A program made the translations under genes and the position numbers. A DNA stretch of 63,969 nucleotides, filler included, from Piptocephalis cylindrospora (lineage: Eukaryota): NCBI GenBank assembly GCA_003614145.1. It is 11 parts of 11 records of this genome, joined end to end, with 100 filler letters (N's around TTAATTAATTAA, not from the genome) between each part and the next. Parts side by side here need not be neighbours in the genome. Positions count along the whole stretch, not along the records: positions 23,781 to 29,607 come from KZ988357.1; positions 29,708 to 35,533 come from KZ988358.1; positions 35,634 to 41,456 come from KZ988359.1; 8 more parts are not named here. The stretch is one strand, 5' to 3'. This document shows, piece after piece, positions 24,447 through 35,643 of the stretch. Numbering within the stretch: position 1 is the stretch's first letter; the number at the start of each line of letters is the position of its first letter. The notes under the pieces were generated by a model that had not been told where the DNA came from, did no database searches, and worked only from the letters and a program-made list of their open reading frames with translations.

Positions 24447-27047
24447 CTACCCAAGAGAGGTGTAGCCGATGACGATGTACACAAACATGGCAACAATGAG
24501 CAGAGCCATGATGCCCGTACTTGCCCAGGCAATCCAATCGGGGCTCCAGCGCTCCTCAAAAGTAACAAAGAGTCGAGGAGGAGATGAGTGGGAAGAAGGG
24601 GAAGACGAGGCGGAAGACAGGGTGATGGTTGAACTATGGCCATCATGAAAGGCAGATGAGGTGGGCCTAACAGAGGAAAGAGAGGGGTGGGAGTGGGAAG
24701 AGGTAAAGGAAGAGGCCGAGGAAGAGGGATTGGCGTGAGCCATGCTGGTAGAGTAAGCCTCAGGAAGATGAGGAGGAGGAGGAGGGGGTTGCTCGAGGGA
24801 TGAAGGCAAGACCTTTTCATCCTTGTTCTCCCAACTTTTTGTCCCAGTCCATACATCCCCTTCTAGACCGGATTTGGGCGGGTCAATGACTTCGCCACCC
24901 CATGACCGATGCTTCTCTCGTCGTCGGACACCAGCACTGCCCACTTCCGACACATCCTCCCAAACGACATTAGCTGGCCGAGGTTCCCAGCCTCTTCCAC
25001 CGTAGGAGGAGGAAGAAGATCGGGCTGAGGAGGAGTTCCGATCGGGGGTACGGGAGGATCTTTCTCTGTCTTCCTCCAGGGCACTAGGGTAGCTATTGGG
25101 CCAGTCATTGGGAAGACTCTTGTTGGAGGGGCAGGGGGAGGGGGGTTCCAGATGGAGGGATGGACCCTTTCGGGAGGTGAGGATGGCTAAGGTGGCAGAA
25201 AGATGACGATGGTGGCTTTTTTCTTGGGGAGGAGGGGATTGGGAGGGAGCTTCTTCCTCCCTGGAAGGAGTGACTAGGATGACCTGAGGGGCGGTAGGAA
25301 GGGATGGGTCCACATGACTATCCCCTTCTTTCTCTGATCGATCCCATTCAATGGTGGGGACGCTGGTGGTACGATGATGACCCTTGTCTCCTTCATTAGA
25401 CATGAAGGGCCTTTGGATCCAATTCACCATATCGTCCTGATTGGCCTGGGAGGTGGAGGCGAAGGTGGAAGAGAGACCTATGGTACGGTCCTTTTCTCCC
25501 TGGATGGTAATGGGAGGGAAAGAAAGCTTGGGAGAGCTAGGATCCTCCATCATTACTTCTTCTTCCGACACGTCCGACCCGTCTAGTTCAGCTCCACTCC
25601 TCCTTAAACCTCCTCTGCGCCTTGTCCTCCTCCGAAGACCACCTTCTTCCCCGGCGGGATGAACCGAGGAGGAGTGACTGGAATCATCCACCTCGACGAT
25701 GACAGGGATGGCGGTGGGATGAAGAAGACGCTGCCTTCGAGCGCATAGATAGAGGACAAATGGGATAATGAAGTTGGAGATGCCCGTGAAGATGAGGCTG
25801 GACCAATTAACAAAATCATTTAGGCCGCTACCGGTTTGGAAGATGATGGCGATAAGCCAGGGGACAGCCACGGAGAGGACAAGGGCGAGTTTCCTACCGC
25901 AAACTCTTCCCCGAACTAGGTTGTACCGGACGACAATGGTGTAGACGGGAATGGAGGTAACGAGGGTGGCAACGGGGAAGATAAAGACACTGATACGGGC
26001 GATAGTGCCAGCGGCAATGTCGGGGGAATTGAGGACCGATAGGATATTGGAGTCGTTAGGCATGGCAAAACTCATACCGCCGAGGATACCAATAACAAAG
26101 TAGATGGCAGTGGAGACAATGGAGGCGGTCCAAATGGAGGAGGAGATGCCTACACTAGGCTTTTTAGCATTGACCCACGAGGGGATGGTGGTGACGTAGG
26201 CGTAGTTGAAGAGGACGGTGCCGATAACGGAGGAGTGATCTGTACCTACAGCGGGGATAGCATCAGGGTCAAGGCCTTGCATGATGAAGATGACGGCCCA
26301 GACTATGGTGACGAGGAGGAGGAGGAGAAGGGAGGCGATCTGAACGCGAATGTTGTCGATGAGACCGATGAAGCACAGGGGGACGGTGATGGACATGGCG
26401 ACAAAGTAGCCGATGGAAAAGAGGATGCGGGTGGTCTCAAAAGGGGAGTTGGTGAGGGCGGAGGAGGAGACACAGGTCCACTCGACAGTCGGGGCGAGTT
26501 GGAGGGCGCAGGATTTGCCAAATACAGCAATGACTAAGTTATCCATGGCCTGGGCAGAGATGATGATGGAGGCGATGTTGGTGGATTGGAGAGAGGCGTA
26601 GAGCCAGAGATGAGCGACAGCTCTCCAGCGTCGACCAAAGTACATCTCCATGAGGGTGGCGAATTCAACCTGCTTCTCAAACTTGGCATTACCAGGAATG
26701 GCGTTCATGGCCTCGCAGACAAAGGAGGAGGCAATGGAAGAGAGGATGGAGGCGACCAGAAAGCAGAGGGTGGGGGTGAGCCAGCCGGCCTGTTGAAAGA
26801 GTAAAGGAATCATGACGAGTCCCGGACCAGTCATACTTCCGATGAGCAGGGTCAGACCTCCCCAGAAGCTGATACCACGAGGCTCTGAACGGCCCTGGGC
26901 ATTCGGGCGTTTTCGAATGAAGCTCGGCAAGGGGATATGGCCAAAGAGTTCCTGGAGAGATGGGAGGGATCGAGGTGAAGGGGAAGAGGGGGCCTCTCCC
27001 GCGCCCGGACCCCTCAGAAAGGGTATTGCGCGTAGAAACGAGCGCAT
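24447..27047 (-). CDS. Transmembrane amino-acid transporter (AAAP/Aa_trans-like)
   Basis: 866-aa intronless ORF with SMTGPGL.IP..FQQAGW, GTVLFNYAYVTTIPSW and about 11 hydrophobic helices. Confidence 0.88.
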   Translation of the reverse strand: MRSFLRAIPFLRGPGAGEAPSSPSPRSLPSLQELFGHIPLPSFIRKRPNAQGRSEPRGISFWGGLTLLIGSMTGPGLVMIPLLFQQAGWLTPTLCFLVASILSSIASSFVCEAMNAIPGNAKFEKQVEFATLMEMYFGRRWRAVAHLWLYASLQSTNIASIIISAQAMDNLVIAVFGKSCALQLAPTVEWTCVSSSALTNSPFETTRILFSIGYFVAMSITVPLCFIGLIDNIRVQIASLLLLLLVTIVWAVIFIMQGLDPDAIPAVGTDHSSVIGTVLFNYAYVTTIPSWVNAKKPSVGISSSIWTASIVSTAIYFVIGILGGMSFAMPNDSNILSVLNSPDIAAGTIARISVFIFPVATLVTSIPVYTIVVRYNLVRGRVCGRKLALVLSVAVPWLIAIIFQTGSGLNDFVNWSSLIFTGISNFIIPFVLYLCARRQRLLHPTAIPVIVEVDDSSHSSSVHPAGEEGGLRRRTRRRGGLRRSGAELDGSDVSEEEVMMEDPSSPKLSFPPITIQGEKDRTIGLSSTFASTSQANQDDMVNWIQRPFMSNEGDKGHHRTTSVPTIEWDRSEKEGDSHVDPSLPTAPQVILVTPSREEEAPSQSPPPQEKSHHRHLSATLAILTSRKGPSLHLEPPSPCPSNKSLPNDWPNSYPSALEEDRERSSRTPDRNSSSARSSSSSYGGRGWEPRPANVVWEDVSEVGSAGVRRREKHRSWGGEVIDPPKSGLEGDVWTGTKSWENKDEKVLPSSLEQPPPPPPHLPEAYSTSMAHANPSSSASSFTSSHSHPSLSSVRPTSSAFHDGHSSTITLSSASSSPSSHSSPPRLFVTFEERWSPDWIAWASTGIMALLIVAMFVYIVIGYTSLG

Positions 27048-28433
27048 GCGAGGTAGGAAGGGGGGAGGCAGAGGACGAGATGTTCGTGGGTTTTAAGACA
27101 GTAGACCCGAGTAAAGTGGGATCTGAGCTTGGATGGGCTAAATAAAAAAATGATGGACCACCTGAGATGGTCACTTGGTACGTTCACTACTTCACACAAC
27201 ACGCTCTGCACAAGGAGATGGGGAGGGAGAGGAGGAGGAGGGAGGATGAACGGCGGGAGTGAGGAGGTGGGGAGGTACCAACACGGATGATGGGAGGTCG
27301 GGGGGAGAGGGAGGGAGAGAAAAGGGAAGAGGATAGGAAGAGTCGAGAGGAGAGGGAGCTAGGGAGCCCAATGGATATCCGTGTGTTGAGATTTGGAGGG
27401 GGAGCCAGCAATATTCTATCTTTCCTCGATGTCTGTTGTCTCCTCACGCTCACACTAAATACTGAAGCCGTAGTGAGTGAGGATATGAGGGGGGTGGTGA
27501 CGGGGACTCTCCAAATCTTCCTTAGTATGTGTGCAGCGAGGAAAATGCCAAGCTAGATGGGAAAGGACGGTTTGGTACCACACAGATAACACACACACAC
27601 ACATGCTGTGAACTGAAGCAAGCAGCCTATCTAGAGACAGTTCCAGGAAGGGCAGCTCCTCTGTGGGGGAAGAGAGGAAACCCAGTATGAGTGGCTGTGA
27701 ACTGGACCTGCAAACGCCCATCCCCACAAGTGTCTCCTCTATGTATGCCCCCTTGACACATTAACCTTGGAGGAGGGAAGCTGTGTGTGTGGTGGGCCCT
27801 TGCCTTGAACGGAAGGAGTCTGAGTAGGAGGGGAGTCCGGGGAATGCACACGCATATGTGTGTGTGTGTGACAGAGCACGGATATTTCTCTAGTAGTATA
27901 CGCAGTGGTAGTGACAATATAAGTGGATAGCTTCATGGCGAAGAGTATAGGGACGGTGAATGCATCATACCACGAGGAGAATGCTATGATGTGAAAGGCT
28001 ATCCATCCGTTTGGACAGTGAAATCCAGGGATGAATGTCAAGGGAGAGGTGTCAAAGATGTGCAAACGAATGCGCTACAGGATGATTGGTGGCTGGATCG
28101 CAAGTGAACGGCAGTGTAACCCCGTCGAAAAGGGTGGGAATAGATCTAAAAATAAAACATAAGAACCTTGCAGATTCCCCTTGGAGAATGAAGAGGAGAA
28201 AGCGCCATTATCGGTGAAGATGGATGGCCTTTCGTGGTCCGGACTTTGACACGTTCAATCTGACACAAACGTGATGACGATGAATGGAGTGGATGCATAC
28301 ATAGCTCGAGAATAACTGCACAGTCTTGGCTCATTGCAAACGAACAATTTACCCTAGCCACGATACGATCTATTGGACAAACACATACGCACACATCCGT
28401 CATCGCCGTCCCTCTTCATCTCCCCGTCCGTTC

Positions 28434-29496
28434 CTATCGTCCAAATCTCTGGTCAATCCCTGCATACCGGTACAGGGCTAGGGAAATATCCTTCCATAGA
28501 AGGGGTCCCGTGGTTTTTGGCACCAAACTAGAGATTCAGAATGAAATGAGTATTGAAAGTGACTCCTCTGACTCCATGACCTTTTATCGAACATACTAGA
28601 ATTCTGTTAATCGGATTTGCCACGGAGGGAATCCTTGTAATTCTACCTCGTCCCCATATAGGATGAGAAGCTCAGGATCGGGAAAGGCCGGGTCTAGTTT
28701 TTGTTATTTTCATGATGGGATTATAAGTGAGACGGTGGTAATATTATACCCCCAAAAGCGTCTGCGGAACCCACCAGAAATCCGGTCATTTAATGCTGCG
28801 ACGGTCAGTCTAGGATGTTCCTCAGAGTCTCCTAATGAGGAAGACTCTACACGCTCCCGAGCCAATTCCCTGGCCATCTGAGCTATCCTTTCCCGACCCA
28901 TAGTTCCTCGACACAACAAGGCTAGTGTGAAGGGGACTTGTGATAGAGAGGGGGGATGAGATGGTTCGATCAATTAATTCTCTATCAGTCCTGTAGCACC
29001 TACCTCCATCCTTTTCCCCTGGTCCATGATCGTGTCCTCGTCGATGTGAGCTCTCTAGAGTAAGGTCAGAGAGATCTATGGGTCTTCCAACCTCCTTGGA
29101 CACCTCAATCAGGGACGCTTCCACTTGATCCACCTGGACGGGGAGGCTCTCAACCGGGTAATACACACTAACCTGCCGTATGCCCTTAATGGCCCCAGCC
29201 CACCGGGCTATCCGGACTAGGTCTGCCTCGGTAAAATGCCTAGAAGGAGGGATGAGGCCCAGGTGGGTGGGTATTCGAGGAAGGTGCTGGGTTTGACGGG
29301 CGATGGCGCCCACCGAACTTGGGTCCTTGACCGACACAGATAGCCACTCGTCCTTCCATAGTCTCCATCTCCCCCTCAGCCAAACCGCCATAGCGTACAC
29401 GGAGCGTAAGAAACAGTGGAGACAAGCGTACAAAAAGGCCATGTCGTTATTCAACGGAGTGTCGATTCGTAGGTCTGCGTAAGGCGATAGGGGCAT
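28434..29496 (-). CDS. NUS1: cis-prenyltransferase subunit Nus1/NgBR, multi-exon
   Basis: IPTHLGLI and VSVY; spliced C-terminus PDPELLILYG..LQGFPPWQIRLTEF...ALYRYAGIDQRFGR* with the RXG terminal motif. Confidence 0.9.
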
Positions 29497-29974
29497 CGGA
29501 AGAAAGGATGAAAGAGAAGGATGGATGACCTAGCACGTGCTACTCTAGCCCTGGGCAGCTAGTCAAGAAGAGGGGTAAAGGCGAGAAGGGTCGTCCAGGG
29601 GTTAAGTNNNNNNNNNNNNNNNNNNNNNNNNNNNNNNNNNNNNNNNNNNNNTTAATTAATTAANNNNNNNNNNNNNNNNNNNNNNNNNNNNNNNNNNNNN
29701 NNNNNNNCCCTTTCTCCCGACTTGGGCTTTGAACATTTACAATAACCCTATGCCCTTATCTTCCCCCCCTTTTTGGACGATCATTCCCCCCCCCCCCCCT
29801 TCTCATTCAATTAAAACTACAAAATCAATAGTGAGAACGATGAACGTGTTGAGGACATACTCGGGGGAATAGGGAGTAGTAGTAAGAGGATGGGAAGAAT
29901 ACACAGGTCCCCCCCCTCCAATCTCACTAGACCACCGCCATATCCCATAAACCAGTGGTGCCTTAGACGTCCCT

Positions 29975-30739
29975 CTAATCCTTGATCTTGCGGGAACCAC
30001 GGAGGAGACCGGTACGACGGGCAGCGATGAGACCAACCTTCTGTCCGGGAACGGAACCACGGGACACAGTGGAGGCGTGACCAATATGCTGATGGTTACC
30101 ACCACCATGGGGATGGTCCACGGGGTTCATAGCCACACCACGAGTCTTGGGCCAGCAGTTGCGCTTGACGCGGTACTTGTGGAAGGCACGACCAGCCTTG
30201 AGGAGGGGCTTGTCAATACGACCACCACCGGCGACGATACCAATGGTAGCACGGCAGGCAGAGTTGATGACCTTCTTGGAGCCGGAGGGAAGCTTGATAC
30301 GGGTCTTGCGGTCGTTATCGGAGTGGCCGATGACGGTAGCGTAGTTACCGGAGGTACGGGCAAGGGAGCCACGGTCACCGGGAACCTCCTCAACGTTGCA
30401 GATGATGGTACCCTCGGGCATGGAACCCAGGGGGAGGGTGTTGCCGACGGCGAGGGTAGCCTTCTTACCGGCGTACACGAACTGACCAGTGTACATACCC
30501 TCGGTGGCGATGAAGGTCTGGGTGTTGAGCTTGTAGCGGTAAGCATCACGGAACTGGACGCGGGCCAGGGGAGCACCACGACCGGGATCGTGGATGATTT
30601 CCTTCACGATACCGCGGATGTAACCGTTACGTTCGGCATAATCCAGAGCACGGAGCTTGGCGGCTCCCTTACGGGTGCGGGTGTGAGACTTGAAGATCCC
30701 TCCGGGACCTTTCCTTTGTGCGCGGATGACGCGACCCAT
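29975..30739 (-). CDS. RPL2: 60S ribosomal protein uL2 (L2/L8)
   Basis: [11 protein letters not shown]...[10 protein letters not shown]...[21 protein letters not shown]; strongly biased codon usage. Confidence 0.98.
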   Translation of the reverse strand: MGRVIRAQRKGPGGIFKSHTRTRKGAAKLRALDYAERNGYIRGIVKEIIHDPGRGAPLARVQFRDAYRYKLNTQTFIATEGMYTGQFVYAGKKATLAVGNTLPLGSMPEGTIICNVEEVPGDRGSLARTSGNYATVIGHSDNDRKTRIKLPSGSKKVINSACRATIGIVAGGGRIDKPLLKAGRAFHKYRVKRNCWPKTRGVAMNPVDHPHGGGNHQHIGHASTVSRGSVPGQKVGLIAARRTGLLRGSRKIKD

Positions 30740-30746
30740 TGCTTTC

Positions 30747-31194
30747 CTGAGGGGAAGAGGACATGAGTTGGTGCTTTAGGTAAGAATGCGTATGTCCATA
30801 GATGGAAGGAGAAGAGACCAGGTCAAAGGTCATGCTAATGGGGGTCCTGTCATTCCACATTGGATGGACAGGACCCTCCATGGACATGGCGTACCCTTAC
30901 CCCCCTCCTTTCCCCTATCACCCTCTTCCTCCTTAACCATCTCCTTGCGCATCCTCTCATTTCCTTTAGCGATTCAGCCTCCTCCAAGGACCGAGTAACC
31001 AGACGGATGGATGGATGGATGGATGGATGGATCCTGATGTAGGCTCGTGCCTTTACCTTCCTATCTTGACCCCATCCATCCATCCCGCCCAGGCCCAATC
31101 CCGACCTATCCATCCATCCATCTAGTCCTATGCACCTTCCCCCGGTTCCATGGTCTCCCTCTATACGATAAACATCCATCAAGCCTCAACTTAC
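30747..31194 (-). other. Putative 448-nt 5'UTR intron of RPL2
   Basis: GTAAGT donor at 31194 and pyrimidine tract plus CAG acceptor 7 nt before the ATG. Confidence 0.65.
31005..31032. repeat. (GGAT)7 microsatellite
   Basis: Read directly from the sequence. Confidence 0.9.
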
Positions 31195-31775
31195 CGTGAG
31201 TTTCTTGGGGAAGGGGGGAAGAAGAGGGTTGCACGGGAGTGACGACCAACGACTAATGGGGTGCGTTGGATGTGTAGGTGCGGCGAAAGAGGTGGAGTCA
31301 CAGCGTGAGGTCCTGAGTGTCAGTGTTCAACATCCTATTTGGTTTGAGCAGTGTGTGTGTGCGTCCCTGTGTGGACATGTCTATGCTTCTGTATAGTCTT
31401 GTGTCTGTGTCTGTGTCTGTAAATCCCGTCTCTTGTTGGGCAAGGAGCCGTTTTTGAACATGAACTATGGGTCATCATAGTGCTTTAAATATTGACTGTA
31501 GGTCACACAGTGCCTTACCTCCCCTCACCACACCACACATCATTGTACATTTTTACAAACTGTAGGGCTCTCTGCATTGTCAATGTCTCCGATTGCCATA
31601 GGAAATTGTGATCCTTCTTGAAAGATGATCGGACTTGATCATCAAACTCTCTTCCATCGCATTGCTCCATGCCCTAGATCAAGATTATACAGTGTAAATC
31701 CAAGAGCCCTTTGATCCACATGCTAGAGCTAAACGGTTCATTTCATGCCCATCACACATCACATCGCATCATCCC

Positions 31776-32765
31776 CTAGTCATCCTCAGATAGCCATTCA
31801 AGAATACGTGGGGTGTAGTAGGTGATGAGAATGTTGGCCCCGGCCCGGACGGCCCCAAGCATGGATTCCATGACAGAAGCCCGAAGATCCACGGCTCCAG
31901 CCTGAGCAGCGTGCCAGAGGGAGGCATACTCTCCACTGACGTGGTAGATGGCAATGGGATGGTCCGGGGCAATGTTGGCCGCATCCCGGACAATGTCCAG
32001 GTAGGGGATCCCGGGTTTAACCATGATTACGTCTGCTCCCTCCTCCACATCCCGACGGATCGCCCGACGGGCCAGGCCCCGGGCTCCCGGCGGTAGCTGG
32101 TAGCATTGGCGGTCCCCTTGGCTAGGGGCGGACCCAGCAGCTTCACGAAATGGACCGTAAAAGGCCGAGGCAAATTTGGCGCTGTAACTCATGACAGAAA
32201 CACGATGGGCAAGCTGCGCTCCCAGAAGAGCCTCCTTGATCGTACGGATCCTCCCATCATTCATGTCTGAGGGCGCGACAATATGACACCCGGCCTGGGC
32301 GTACGCCAGACTGACCTCGGCGATACGCGCGGCACTCGCGGCATTGTTCATGCTTCCATCCTCATGCAGGATTCCGCAGTGACCATGGGAAGTATAGGCA
32401 CATAGGCACACGTCACACCCGACCTGCAAAGTGGGGAAGGCTTGACGAAGACGACGGATCCCCCGGATCGTCGGGCCCTCCTGAGCATCAGCCCCACTCC
32501 CCCGCCCATCCTTCTCCGTGGAGCTGGGCACCCCAAAGAGCAGGACAGTTTGGAGTCCAAGGGCAACAAGGGGCTCTAGGTGTCTCACAAGCGCCTCCAC
32601 TCCCCATCGGGACTGACCGGGAAGGGCTGCAATGGGCGTCTCAGCCTCGGGATCCTCCTGGATAAAGACTGGGTACACCAGGGCTTCTTTACCAAATCGT
32701 CTCTGTGTCCATTCCCGGTGGGTTGGATGAGCATAGCCGGAATGGAGGTAAGATTGCAGGGACAT
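31776..32765 (-). CDS. HEM2: Porphobilinogen synthase (ALA dehydratase)
   Basis: [15 protein letters not shown]n site, [21 protein letters not shown] and YHVSGEY motifs. Confidence 0.97.
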   Translation of the reverse strand: MSLQSYLHSGYAHPTHREWTQRRFGKEALVYPVFIQEDPEAETPIAALPGQSRWGVEALVRHLEPLVALGLQTVLLFGVPSSTEKDGRGSGADAQEGPTIRGIRRLRQAFPTLQVGCDVCLCAYTSHGHCGILHEDGSMNNAASAARIAEVSLAYAQAGCHIVAPSDMNDGRIRTIKEALLGAQLAHRVSVMSYSAKFASAFYGPFREAAGSAPSQGDRQCYQLPPGARGLARRAIRRDVEEGADVIMVKPGIPYLDIVRDAANIAPDHPIAIYHVSGEYASLWHAAQAGAVDLRASVMESMLGAVRAGANILITYYTPRILEWLSEDD

Positions 32766-33701
32766 GTTGCTGGTGTTGGCGTGGGATGGTGTAAAGCGAA
32801 CGTGGAGTAAGGTAAAGGACCTGAGAGGTGTGGGTCAGTTCGTGGTCCATTACGCGCCCCCACATCCCAGGATAATAAATGGTGTGCAGATGTACCTGTT
32901 GTGGGAAGGGCTGATGTCCTTGACAGCCATGTTCATCTTTGAAGAGATCACGTATAGTGGTCCATGAAATTCAGAAATGAAGGACGTCAATGTCATCTCC
33001 TGAAAGAGACCCTTGAGACCCAAGTGGGAGAGCATCCTCAATAAAAATTTGTCTGATTTTATTACCGATCAAGGACGATACGAAGAGGTGGGTGTGTGTT
33101 TTTAACAATAGCAATATTATATTAATATTATATCAATAAATTATATTTAAGGGCCAATAAACCTATTTTCCGATCTACCCAATTATGTATATTGAAATGT
33201 CTTTGTACTCAGAAGTAAGTATCATATTAAAGGGTAACAAGATGAAGTTTCAAGGAGAGGCCGTTTCTAATTCTTTTTCTTCATCCTTGTTTAATCAGGG
33301 CTCACATGAGCCTCCTACATGCGCTCAGCTCTCCTAGATGAAGAGGCACGGTGCACCTATCCATATCTCTTCCCGGACTTTGTAAACCTCACGTAATATC
33401 CTGCTCTCTCTCTCTCTCTCTCCACCGATGGATGTGGAAGGATGATTGTACTGATAGACCATCAGGTCTTGTTTCGGTGATCATGTTTCAACCTCCACCA
33501 TTGTCATCCATTCCACTCTATTTTTGGTGGTTGCATCCTATTCCCAACCTTTGTGGCCTTTCCTTCCCTCCTTTTCATACATTTCTATATTGCCAGGCTA
33601 TCAGAATCAATGCTGGGTGGTAAGATGAGCTATGTCTCAATCGCAGTAGGATCTTCTCTCATTCATCTATAAGCTCCACATACACATAGAATGGCAGTGT
33701 A

Positions 33702-35412
33702 TCAAAGAAGCGATACGGTAGGGGCCTGGAGATGGTCCCGGACATTTCGGATCTCCGCGAGGGTAAATCCAACCTGAGTCCAGTATTTTTCGACGGTCCC
33801 AAACTTGGTTTTGAAGAGCTCTAATGCTACTCGTAGATATTCTGCCTTTGCCCCGAGCATCGCCTTGATCTCCTCAGGATCGGTGAAGGGATTAGAGATG
33901 GCGTTCATTAGCTTTTCAATGGTCTCCTTGGCCGGCTTGTACAAATCACCGGTCAGGGCATAGTCCCAGATGATAGCCTCCTCCTCGACTCCGGCGGTTA
34001 GGAGCAAGAGCATGATAGCCACACCCGTCCTGTCCTTCCCCGCNNNNNNNNNNACACCCGTCCTGTTCTTCCCCGCGGTGCAGTGCACCAAGATGGGTCT
34101 TTCTCCCCGGGGATCCTCGAGGATGTGTCGGAAAATGGCCGAGAAGGCCATGTCCCCATGGGTGAGGATGTGCATATAGGCCGCGCCAAAGCCCTCAGGG
34201 CCCTGGGTAAAGAGCTGCCACCTTTCCAATAGAACCTCGGGGGCAAAGTCTTCATCCGGGAAGACGGGAGTATGGGACCGTTCACAAGCAATATCGCTAA
34301 GGGGGAGGAGGGGCAAGGTGAGTCGATTGTACCGCATTAAAGTATTCTCTCTCTCAGAGACACACTCACGTGACGGGCATGCGCTCAATTTCAGGATTGG
34401 AACGGAGATCAAAGCATCGGTAGATACCAAGGGACACCAGTGTCTTAAGGCCCTCCTCGGGTAGACTGTAGGGGAGGTCTCCGCGGAAGAGGTAGCGGGA
34501 CCGAACACGACCAGTGCGAGTAAAGGTGGGATACCCACCAGCATCCCGCAAGTTGGTCATGCCCTGGGTGGGGATGACACGACGTAAAGGGACGAATAGG
34601 GCATCCTCCCGGCGCTGACGGCTTCCAAGTACAGGATCCGTCTCTAGGATACCACTTTCCCAGGGATGCAGCAGCCACGAAATAGTCTCGGCACATACGG
34701 TGTCGTGGAAACCACGGAGATTGTGGTCAGCGCCCTCGAGAAGTCTTAGGGTGTGGTTGGGGGCGTAGTTGGCAAAGGACACGGCCTCACTCAGTGGGTT
34801 GACCGTGTCCTTGGTACCATGGATGGTAAGGGTCCGGACGGAAGGGGGCAGGTTCTGGACAAAGGGTTTTTGCCAGGCATCCCCCGAGGCGACGTCCTCA
34901 CGGGTGGCTCGGATGACACGTCGTCCTGACCGAAGGTTGTACTCCATCTCAAAGTAGCCCTTGGTCTCAAGTTCTTTGACTCGGGATTTCTTGAGCTTTC
35001 CCATGATCTGACGCCCGGCCACATTGATCAGGCACCGAAAGCCATCAGGATGAATGGTAGCGTACTTGAAGGCACTCAGGGCACCCCGGGAATGGCCGAT
35101 CATAGTGTCTAGAGAGTATCCGCGCTCTTGACGCATCAGCTGGACGGCTGCGTCAATGTCCTCGATATCACGCTCAAAGTGGCCCCACTGGAGGAAACCT
35201 TCGCTCTCACCATTTCCGGAAAAATCAAAGCGGAATGAGTCAAAGGGTAGGGCTTTGGCTAGTTGGGCCTGGAAGAGATAATTCTTGGATCCCATCCATC
35301 CGTGACAAATCAAAGCGAGTCGCCGTGGGCCAGCGGGCTGTGGGTGCTTGCTAGTCTCAAGGATCCCGCAAAGTCGTTCCCCACGGGCGTTTGTAAAGTA
35401 GAGCTTTTCCAT
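33702..35412 (-). CDS. Fusion of an alpha/beta-hydrolase and a Cys-based (IphP/PtpB, Y_phosphatase3-like) phosphatase, 2 exons
   Basis: GHSRG, HGTKD and GADHN triad motifs, then NLRDAGG, FDLRS and HCTAGK(D/N)RTG; intron 34369-34297 joins the exons in frame. Confidence 0.87.
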
Positions 35413-35643
35413 ACTTGAGTGGAGGATGCGGACGGGCTAAGAGGAAGAGGCAAGGAGGGAGGAAGAGAGGGATGAAGAGGATGAAGAGGGCGAGGAAGAA
35501 GTTGAAGAGAGCGAGGAAGAGGAGAGTGATAAGNNNNNNNNNNNNNNNNNNNNNNNNNNNNNNNNNNNNNNNNNNNNTTAATTAATTAANNNNNNNNNNN
35601 NNNNNNNNNNNNNNNNNNNNNNNNNNNNNNNNNGGTATCTTTA

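Noticed and set aside
30077..30766. Long antisense ORFs over RPL2 and other genes
   Set aside because: Shadow ORFs caused by codon bias.
34021..34077. Duplicated phosphatase P-loop (AGKNRTG / AGKDRTG)
   Set aside because: The copies flank a 10-N scaffold gap; this is an unmerged overlap.
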